This document shows, one piece after another, positions 53,886 through 64,000 of a DNA stretch of 64,000 bases. The stretch lies in contig OX597829.1 of NCBI GenBank assembly GCA_951406725.2, forward strand, positions 57,040,001 to 57,104,000, in the 5' to 3' direction. Source of the stretch: Octopus vulgaris (Eukaryota). The notes under the pieces were generated by a model that was given only the letters and a program-made list of their open reading frames with translations, was not told the DNA's origin and searched no databases. Within the stretch, counting starts at the first letter, position 1. The number at the start of each line of letters is the position of its first letter. Position numbers and translations under genes: made by a program.

Positions 53886-55895
53886 GTGTATTAAGGCTAC
53901 CATTGGTTTCATGTTAAGGAATACCTCAATAATTATCAAGCCTATCGCAGGGAAACATCCGTGTTCATCTCCATTTTGGATTAAAATATGAAAAGTCACA
54001 GTAAGTCACAATAAAAACACAAGAATTTTGCTAAGGAAAAGCACAAAACATCAAGGGTAACAACCCTTAGATCATTATCTCCCTTGGATTCAACTTTTGG
54101 AAAATTGTAACTCATGCAAATTTTTATATAAATACCTGCATTAATATTTAAACCACACAAATTTTACTCTTAAACATTTGTGCACTTAAAAGTTTATATT
54201 TATATAATATATGTGCATCTGGCAGCCAAATGTTTATCACGTTACAGTATCAAAATTTTGCAGTTTTTGTAATTTCATAAATTATTAGTTTGTGTATATT
54301 TTATGCGTAATATTCATGGATTAGTATACGTATTTTTTTGTTTGAGTCTATGTATTATGTGGTTTTTGTGCATTCACATGTACACACACATGTAGCTGCA
54401 CACACACATATACATGCATATAGAGGTATGCGTATACACACTTTAAATGCCCTTACATACACATTTTTGTGTGTACATTTTGGACGTGTACTCAGGATTG
54501 TGAAGTTTCACGTGATCAAAGCATATTTTTTATGTATAATTTGTGGAATTTTACATATCTTGCACATATATTTTTTACATGTTCATTACATACTGTTACA
54601 CACATTTCAAAGTTGAATTTGTAAGGTTTTGGAGTTGTTGAATGATATGTTTGTTTATATCATGTCATGTCCTGGGGATGTGCAATGCGCGTATATCTAT
54701 GTATTGAGGGCACGAGTCTTCTATGTTTGAAGTTCATATGATGCATATATTTAATGTTTATGTTCAGAGAAAAATAAAAACTATCCTAGTTGGAGCAGCA
54801 GAGTGGATGGTGGGTCCTCTTTTCAATATCGGAGCATAAAATATTGCTGATGCATGCAAAAAGAGGTTTTATTCCTGAAATTTAAGACATTAGCATTTGA
54901 ATGGATGATGTTTAGCTTTTCAGTAAGGCAAAGATCATATTTGGTGTGCTGATCCTTGCATTTTTGGGCTTTAGTAATAATGCTCCAGATCATCAAGGGT
55001 GGGGGGTTGCTTACTTCAACATCTTTCAGTGTCCATATCATGTTGGATAGGGATGTTACATATCTTTTATTTTTGTCTCTGAGTGATGCTAGATGAAGCA
55101 TATATCTTTTCTTAAGTTACTACCATTTCAATACATGTCTTTATTACTTTGTTGTGTGATTATGGCCTTGTGCACAATTTTTTTCTAGACAGCTATTATT
55201 CAAAGGACAATGGTTCAAAGGTCTACAATTACAATACCTTTCATGAGTATCCCTGGTGGTTTATTTTTATTGTGATTATTATTGACCCTACATTGGGTAG
55301 GCAACAATAGCTAACTTTAACAGTATTTCTATTGAAGGTCTTATGGTATTTGTGTGAGTGTGGGAAGTGATTATCTATTAGTTTATAAACTTTACTAGCT
55401 ATGTTAGTGGATACATTCACGCCTTAAGGAGGATTGAACCAAAGTTTTTCTGCCTTCCTAGTCAATTTACATTTGGTTCAATATAGTTTATACTACTCTT
55501 AAAGTTGAACCTTTCTGATGCAACATTATAGTATGGGGCTGCCTTTTCAAAATTGGATTAATTGGAGGATAGATTTGAGATGCACCTGCTAATGTTTTTA
55601 ACTAATTGTTTAATGACTGACAGTGGGTTGTCGAAGCCTATCTCTATGTATAAGGTTTCTTAATTTGGTTTGTAGTAAGGTTTAAATTTACCTGTAATAA
55701 AGTCAAATTTAAGGGAGATAATCCTACAAGAGTTGTTTCCCTTAATGTTCTTTTCTTATTGAAATTCTCACGTGATTTTTATTGTGACTTTCTGTGACTT
55801 TTTGTGATTTAATCCAAAATAGAGATGAACACCGATGTTTCCATGTGACAGGCTCAATAGCTTCCTGAACACGAAACCAGCAGTAGCCTTTATAC
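53886..55895 (-). mobile_element. Penelope-like element remnant (RT end and GIY-YIG-type endonuclease region, 54790-55720) flanked by inverted ~180-bp terminal repeats (53886-54070 and 55725-55895)
   Basis: FKPYYKP, WFNPP*GVNVSTNIASKVYKLIDNHFP..HKTFNRNTVKVSYCCLPN, CNCR..CPL..CL and TSLSNMIW.LK..IWSII.KA..DLCLTEK motifs. The flanks share ggaaacatc.gtgttcatctc.attttggattaaa..aagtcaca in opposite orientations. Confidence 0.85.
53894..53943 (-). ncRNA. Type I hammerhead ribozyme motif, U3:A8 variant, base of stem II decayed
   Basis: AGGC-TTGATAA-TTATTGAGG(TATT)CCTTAACAT-GAAA-CC(AAT)GG-TA-GCCT. The partner repeat at 55850-55889 keeps GAAA and stem I but has lost the core. Confidence 0.6.
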
Positions 55896-56372
55896 ACACA
55901 CACATACACACATATATGAATTCCAGATAAGAAATTTTCAGCAAATGGAAACATATGAACAAATTTCTTTTGGCAAATTGAAGACCATTGACCAAATGTA
56001 TCGCAGAATTTAGACCCCTTCCATTGATTCTCCACCAACTAACTTTCTAGCCAAGGGGAACATAATTTTAATTCTCTTCTTTTCCTTTCTTTTTCTGTTT
56101 CTTTCACCCTTACACTTTTCGCATCCATCTTCCTCTCATTCTTGTCTCATAGTTTTTGTTCCATTGTCCTGATTTATAAACTGAATAGACCATATGCTCA
56201 ATGCTCAAACATTTCCTGGAGACACTAAGTCTGTTATTAAAACCTGCCTAGATAACATCTCCATTGTATGAAACTATTAGTAGCTCATAACTATAAATTG
56301 TGTACATTAAATGATGTTTATCTCACATAAGATGTAGTACTTTTTTTGTTGATCTTACCTATGGAAAAGTAA

Positions 56373-56416
<44 letters not shown>

Positions 56417-56539
56417 AGAGTATATATTTAGTTCAAGTAGAACATTTTGATCTTTTTGGGGTGTCCAAAAAGTTAGATTTTAATAAATATTCTTCATATC
56501 AAAGAAGCAGTTTGCTAATGCAAATATTTAAAATATGAA

Positions 56540-59020
56540 AATATGACAAGTAAAAAGTGTGTTACGAGCATTTGTAGGATATAATCCTGTATAAACTCAA
56601 CAGTTTTAAAATGGAGAAGAGATGTTAAAAGTTTTTATAAAATCCATACGATCGTTTCAAATGATAATACCAACATGTAAGAAACATGGAAGAATTAAAT
56701 TAATTATAATAATAATGAAAATAAAAAATTAATTTAATTTATGTATTACCATTCTCCTCAGTGGAAAAGATGAAGAAAACATCAGAAAGGTATTAAGAAA
56801 AGAATATTAGAATGAAACTACAGAGAGACTGCGTCGGATAAACTTGATCGGATTTTCATAAAAAGATTGTGAAAGAGAAAAAAACAGATATAGGAAGATG
56901 CTTATGTCATGTTGAGTCTGTCTGTGTAAGAACTAGATTTAGTTCTTACACAGATGTTTGATCTTTTATTCATCTTTTCCAGTGAGGAGAACTGTAATCA
57001 TCATCATCATCATCATCATCATTTAATGTCCGCTTTCCATGCTAGCATGGGTTGGACGGTTCAACTGGGGTCTGAGGAGCCCGAAGGCTGCACCAGGCCA
57101 GTCAGATCTGGCAGTGTTTCTACAGCTGGATGCCCTTCCTAATGCCAACCACTCCGAGAGTGTAGTGGGTGATTTTATGTGCCACCGACACAGGTGCCAG
57201 ACGAGGCTGGCGAACGGCCATGCTCGGATGGTGTTTTTTTTTTTTATGTGCCACCGACACAGTGCCAGACGAGGCTGGCAGACGGCCACGCTCGGATGGT
57301 GTTTTTATGTGCCACCAACACAGGTGCCAGATGAGGCTGGCGAACGGACACGATCGGATGGTGTTTGTTACGTGCCCACAGCACAGAGGCCAGTCGATGC
57401 GGTACTGGCTATGGCCACGTTTGGATGGTTTTCTTGTGTGCCACAAAGATACAAATTCCATTGATGTTCATCTATTTTGATTTGTTTTGATTTGATTTTG
57501 ATTTTGATTTTCACTTGCCTCAACAGGTCTTCACAAGTGTCACAAGAAGGAAGGTATGCACAGGTGGACTGACTACGTCCCATGTAGGGACCACGGGTTA
57601 TGGCCTGACTATTCTTGCCGGGTCTTCGGATGGTGTTTTTATGTGCCACCGACACAGGTGCCAGATGAGGCTGGTACCACATAGATACAAATTCCATTGA
57701 TGTTCATCTATTTTGATTTGTGTTGATTTGATTTTCACTTGCCTCAACAGGTCTTCACAAGTGTCACAAGAAGGAAGGTATGCACGTCCCACGTAGGGTC
57801 CACGGGTTATGGCCAGACTAGTCTTGCCGGGTCTTCGGATGGTGTTTTTATGTGCCACCGACACAGGTGCCAAATGAGGCTGGCGAACGATCGGATGGTG
57901 TTTGTTACGTGCCCACAGCACGGAGGCCAGTCGATGCGGTACTGGCTACGGCCACGTTCGGATAGTTTTCTTGTGTGCCACCGGCACTGGTACCACAAAG
58001 ATACAAATTCCATTGATGTTCATCTATTTTGATTTGTTTTGATTTTCACTTGCCTCAACGGTCTTCACAAGTGTCACAAGAAGGAAGGTATGCACAGGTG
58101 GACTGACTACGTCCCTGGTAGGGGCCACGGGTTATGGCCTGACTCGTCTTGCCATTCTTCGGATGGTGTTTTTATGTGCCACCGACATAGGTGCCAGATG
58201 AGGCAGGCGAACGGCCACGATCGGATGGTGCTTGTTACGTGCCCACAGCACGGAGGCCAGTCGATGCGGTACTGGCTACGGCCACGTTCGGATGGTTTTC
58301 TTGTGTGCCACCGGCACTGGTACCACAAAGATACAAATTCCATTGATGTTCATCTATTTTGATTTGTTTTGTTTTATTTTGATTTTCACTTGCCTCAACA
58401 GGTCTTCACAAGTGTCACAAGAAGGAAGGTATGCACAGGTGGACTGACTACGTCCCAGGTAGGGGCCACGGGTTATGGCCTGACTAGTCTTGCCGGGTCT
58501 TCGGATGGTGTTTTTATGTGCCACCGACACAGGTGCCAGATGAGGCTGGCGAACGGCCACGATCGGATGGTGTTTGTTACGTGCCCACAGCATGGAGACC
58601 AGTCGATGCGGTACTGGCTACGACCACGTTCGGATGGTTTTCTTGTGTGCCACCGGCACTGGTACCACAAAGATACAAATTCCATTGATGTTCATCTATT
58701 TTGATTTGTTTTGATTTTTTGATTTGATTTTCACTTGCCTCAACAGGTCTTCACAAGTGTCACAAGAAGGAAGGTATGCACAGGTGGACTGACTACGTCC
58801 CAGGTAGATGTAATTAAATCAATTTTATTTTATTATTATTTTAATAATTATTATAATTAATTTAATTCTTCCGTGTTTCTTTGTGTTATCATTTGAAATG
58901 ATTGTATGGATTAAAACTGTATAAAAACTTTCAACATCTCTTCTCCACTTTTAAACTGTTAATTGAGTTTATATAGGATTATATACTATAAATGCTCATA
59001 ACACACTTTTTACTTGTATA
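56540..59020. mobile_element. Fold-back/MITE element (left arm 56540-56785; right arm 56960-56997 plus 58808-59020) split by an RTE insertion
   Basis: acaagtaaaaagtgtgtta..ggagaagagatgtt.. is mirrored at 58810-59020, and cctcagtggaaaagatgaa is mirrored at 56970-56990. Confidence 0.75.
56998..58807 (-). repeat. RTE 3' end with a tandemly amplified ~340-bp UTR segment (about 5 copies)
   Basis: cacttgcctcaac(a)ggtcttcacaagtgtcacaagaagg recurs at ~57511, 57736, 58047, 58387 and 58732. Confidence 0.9.
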
Positions 59021-59689
59021 TATCAAAATCACATTCGATGACTGGCATCCATACCAGCGGGGTGCAAAGAGCACCATACAAATGTGATCGTTGACAGAGC
59101 GGCTAACCAGCTTACTGGCACTTGTGCCTGTAGGGTACCAAGAACACTATCCAAGCGTGATCGTTGCCAGAGCAGACAACTGGCTTCCATGCCGGTGACA
59201 CATAAAAGGCACCATTCGAGCGTGATTGCTACCAACGTCACCTTACTCGCACCTGTGCTGGTGGCATGTGTAAAAAGATTCGAGCGAGGTCATTGCCAGT
59301 ACCGCCTGACTGGCCTCTGTGCCGGTGGTGCATAAAAAGCACCCAATACACTCTCAGAGTAGTTGGCGTTAGGAGGGGTATCCAGCTGTAGAAACTCCGC
59401 CAAATCAAGATTGGAGCTTGGTGCAGCCATCTGGTTCGCCAGCCCTTGGTCAAAATCGTCCAACCCATGGAAAGTGGATGTTAAACGATGATGGTGATGA
59501 TATATATGTATATATATACACACACACACACACACACTTATACACACACACTTATACACACATTAATATGTGAATATTAGGGAATAATCCAAGCTGTATC
59601 CACATAAAGCACCTCTGCATGTTTATGTTAATCCAATGTATGATGTATATAGATGTTTTATTTCAAATGCGATATACAGAGTAACTGTA

Positions 59690-59990
59690 ATTTTCGGTAA
59701 ATTCAATTTGCAGGTTAATTACATATGAAAACATAAGAAAACTGGAAGTGTTTGGTATATTTTCAATTTCATGTTACATATATTTCACTTCAGGATAGGT
59801 GTCACAAAGATATACACGTAGAAAAAAAAAACATGTACTTATCCATAATTCTTGAGACAATGAATAAAAAATAATGCCTTTGCAGCTCATTTCTTGTAAT
59901 GAAACATGTGTAACGTGGAATTCAAAATATACCAAATTTTTCAAGTCTTTTATTTTGATAAATTTCTGTGATACATAACCGAATTTAACC
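59690..59990. mobile_element. Degenerate fold-back MITE
   Basis: tttggtatattttcaatttcatgttacatatatttca is mirrored by tgaaacatgtgtaacgtggaattcaaaatataccaaa. Confidence 0.6.
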
Positions 59991-60155
59991 TAATCATCAT
60001 CCTCATCATCGTTTAACATCCGCTTTCCATGCTGGCATTCATTTATATTTGTTTTGTCACTGTGTGTGTATGTGTAAAGAGAAAATGTGTAATTGGAATT
60101 GTTGATAAGGACTTTGAAGAGAATTGGCAGGGTCACAGGGTGGGATGTTAGAATT

Positions 60156-60197
<42 letters not shown>

Positions 60198-60959
60198 GTA
60201 TATTGGAGTTCTATTGTTGTGTTGGTCTTAAGAATGTTTGTTGGAGAGCTCAGATGGAGAATGCAATAAGTAGAAGAGGTGGGGTGAAGAGTATTGTAGA
60301 TGTAGGGGTTAGGTGAGGAATCAAGAGACTATAACAAGAAACAGTTTTAAGTAGTTTCAAGTAGGTGCGGATAAGGAGATGCGAGCAGGCAAGCAGGCAG
60401 AAATTTTGGGAAAATAGTCTGTTACAGTAGTAATACTGTGAAGATCAAATGTGCTTTGAAGAAGTTGTGGAACCTGCATAAATGGTTAGCGAAAAAGCTG
60501 ACAGTATCAAGGGTTGGGGTGTACTGATTTGGTACATTTAGAGAATAATCTTCATTATCTTGTTAGGTCATTAGGACAACACTAATGACTTCATGCTTTT
60601 GTCTCTTGTGTAAATCTGGGGTAAGTTGACTAGGTCAGGTCTGTCTGTCTGTCCCTCGCAAGATATTTATCAAGATCATACATGGGTGTGTACAATAGAA
60701 GACAGTTTAAAGCAGAGTACATATCAGTGAAGTAGAGTCCATGCCTCTCTATGATATACCATTAGGTCTTAGGAATACTACTGATGACTTTTTTATGTAG
60801 TGTATATTTAAAATCTCATTACTGGTCCATTTATATATATATATATGTATGTATGTATAAAAGATAAAGACCCCTTTCTTCAGCCAATGTTACACTGTAT
60901 TACAAAGTATTTCTACAGATTTTAGCCAACACTGTATGTAATAGACAGATGTAAAAACC

Positions 60960-61251
60960 CTTTGTCCTTATTGCAACATCTGTGTTGTGGACAGAGAAGA
61001 GGGACCAGCATGGCTAGCTTCATAAATAATTGCCTCATCTTCTCAGATGATGGCTGTCTCACATTCAAGTGAGACATCTCTATGTCATTGGATTCAAGTG
61101 ACAAAAACTTGACCAATGCTTCAACCATTTTCTCAGTCACCGTATTAGGTTCCAGTGACAAGCATTGCAAGGTGACTGCTATTATTTTGACTGTAAGTTT
61201 TACATCAGAGTCTCTTTCTCCTGACTTTGTCAGAAATAACAGGAACCTCCT
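60960..61251 (-). pseudogene. FANCA: FANCA-like exon remnant (open frame RRFLLFLTKSGERDSDVKLTVKIIAVTLQCLSLEPNTVTEKMVEAL...)
   Basis: Acceptor-like tttcccaagcatag|AGG followed by an open frame of about 110 codons in non-repetitive sequence. ERD..V.II..L resembles FANCA QRD..VAVISERL. The 3' boundary is uncertain. Confidence 0.55.
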
Positions 61252-61872
61252 CTATGCTTGGGAAATCTATTCAATCCATAGATAGGACTAGGGGCAGGTA
61301 CCACTATTCTGGTTCAGAGAAAGAGGGCATGAAAGAAATTGAAACTGGCATTATTTACTGTTGGACACCTTTCCTGCCATTAACATATATGTATGCATCT
61401 GTGTGCACATGCAAATGTGTGTGTATCCATGCACACACATAAGCTGTGGTTGCTCAACTATATAGTAATAGCAGCCAAATCTCACTCACAACACTTCTCC
61501 ATCTTAGAGAAAATAAGTTTGGATGTTATGGGTTTGGAAACAAATATAAGGAAACATAAAAATATATTGAATGTTCATGGTTTCAGTGTCTCTGATCAAA
61601 GACATTCATGGTCAGGTATAAACGGTGTCAGGCGGTGCTGGGTTGGCATAAAGTTGCAGAGACGATGGCAGTTTAAGAGGTTTGCTACACAACTGCATGG
61701 CACCTTAGACAAGTATCTCACCATAGCTTCAGGACCAACCATAGCCTGATAAATTCATTAAGTAGACAGAAAGTGAAAGAAGTCTGTTAATATATGTATA
61801 CAGAAGAACCTGATATACTTTTTTTTTTTTTACAATGGTGGTGATCCAGTATGGCCACAGCCACATATAAAA

Positions 61873-61928
<56 letters not shown>

Positions 61929-63565
61929 GTATAAAAGATAAAGACCCCCTTCAGTCATGAATGACAATGGGATTGCACCAAGCAAGTTACCCTCCAAGGC
62001 ACAATTCCAGGCAAGGTTGTTTTTATAGAAGACCAGCAGTCACCCTTGCATACCAGCGTCCCTTCCCCAAGTCATTATATTTCCATAGGGTAAGGGGCTC
62101 CTTCAATCATGAATGACCATGTGATTGCACCAAGAAAGTTACCCTCTGAGGCACAAGTCCAGGCAAGGCTGTTTATGGAAGACCACCAGTTGCCCATGCA
62201 TATAAGTCTCCCTACTCCATGTCACCGATGTTATCCAAGGGAAAGACAAAGGCTGATACAGCTTGGCACCAGTGATGCTGCAACTCATTCCTACAGCTGA
62301 GTGAACTGGAGCAAAGTGAAATAAAGTGTCTTGCTCAAGAGCACTACACACAGCATGGTCTGGGAATCGAACTCACTGCCTCACGATTGTGAGCCCAATG
62401 CTCTAACCACTGAGCCATGTGCCTTGTTCATTCAGGTACTACACACTCATTATATATATATATCTCATCATCATCATTGTCATTTAACGTCCACTTTCCA
62501 TGCTGGCATGGGTTGGACAGTTTGACTGAGGACTGGCGAGCCAGAAGGCTGCACCAGGCTCAATCTAATTTGGCATGGTGCCTACAGCTGGATGCCCTTC
62601 CTAATGCCAACCACTCCAAGAGTATAGTGGGTGCTTTTATGTGCCACCGGCATGAGGGCCAGTCAGGCAGTTCTGGCAACAGCCACGCTCAAAAGGTGTT
62701 TTTACGTGCTACCTGCACAGGAGCCAGTCTGGCGGCACAGGCAACGATCATGCTCCAATGTTGCTTTTTACGTGCCACTGGCACGGGAGCCAATCTGTGG
62801 CTCTGGCAATGATCACGCTTAGATGTGCTTTTAACGTTTCACTGGCATGAGTGCCTACCAGGTGGCACTGTCATTGGCCACATCAGCGATTTTGATTTGT
62901 TTACACTTGCTTCGAAAGGTCCTCACAAGCAAAGTTCATTTCCAATGAATGAGGGGTACTCATGAGTGGGCCGGTTACACCCCATGTTCGGATGTGCTTT
63001 TAACATTCCACTGGCATGAGTGCCAATCAGGCGGTACTGTCATCGGCCACATCAGCGATATATATATATATATATATATATATACTCCAAACTGTTGAAG
63101 GTATCTGGGGTAGAGGTAGACCCAGAAAGGCATGGGATGACGTGGTCAAGCATGACCTTCAAACATTGGGCCTCACAAAGGCTATGATGAAAGACCGAGA
63201 CCTCTGGAGATATGCTGTGACTTTGAAGACCCGACAAATGAAGTGAGTTCATGGCTCGCAGGATGGTCTGCTGTGCCAACCTTGGATTGTAGGGTGATCT
63301 GCTGTGCTTCCTATTGAGTCAAGTACATCAACATCAAAATAAATATAAAATGGAAATTGTAGTTGTGATACTCGTGCACCAACCAAACGTGGCTGATGCC
63401 AGCGCCACCTTGGCTGGTGTCTGTGCCAGTGACACATAAAAAGCACCCACTACACTCATGGAGTGGTTGGGATTCCAGCTGTAGAAACACTGCCAGATCA
63501 GACTGGAGCCTGACGCACTCTCCTGGCTTCCCAAACCCCAGTCGATGATGATATATATACAATGA

Positions 63566-63623
<58 letters not shown>

Positions 63624-64000
63624 TTGTGTGTGTATATATATATATATATTTTTTTCTAGTTTCAGCTCAGAGCTGCAGCCATGCTGATGCACTTCCGTTT
63701 ATATATATATATATCGTGCTGTGGGCACGTAACAAACACCATCCGATCGTGGCCGTTCACCAGCCTCATCTGGCACCTGTGTCGGTGGCACATAAAAACA
63801 CCATCCGAGCGTGGCTGTCTGCCAGCCTCGTCTGGCACCTGTGTCGGTGGCACATAAAATCACCCACTACACTCTCGGAGTGGTTGGCGTTAGGAAGGGC
63901 ATCCAGCTGTAGAAACACTGCCAGATCTGACTGGCCTGGTGCAGCCTTCGGGCTCCCCAGACCCCAGTTGAACCGTCCAACCCATGCTAGCATGGAAAGC

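Noticed and set aside
56640-56700. GAAACGATCGTA half-hammerhead on the minus strand
   Set aside because: No CUGANGA or UUGANAA core in either arm of the fold-back.

Overview
AT-rich, repeat-dense animal DNA. The repeat repertoire (RTE LINE 3' ends with (GAT)n tails, tRNA-derived SINEs, R4/Dong-like and Penelope-like fragments, very long TA/CA microsatellites) is what I associate with octopus genomes; this taxonomy is an inference. I find no intact protein-coding gene, and the long ORFs in the track come from satellites. The main signal is a colinear series of about 15 minus-strand exon remnants from ~61.2 kb to ~10.55 kb. They match, in order, motifs of the C-terminal half of Fanconi anaemia protein FANCA, compared by eye with the human sequence recalled from memory. 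They carry many stops, frameshifts and an exonic insertion, so this looks like a decaying FANCA pseudogene. The second theme is hammerhead-ribozyme motifs inside fold-back, Penelope-type elements: one canonical motif and two families with the U3:A8 core variant. The window also holds a deleted Gypsy LTR element, two Penelope remnants, nested MITEs, Helentron-type elements, a 24-bp minisatellite and a tandem amplification of an RTE 3' UTR.
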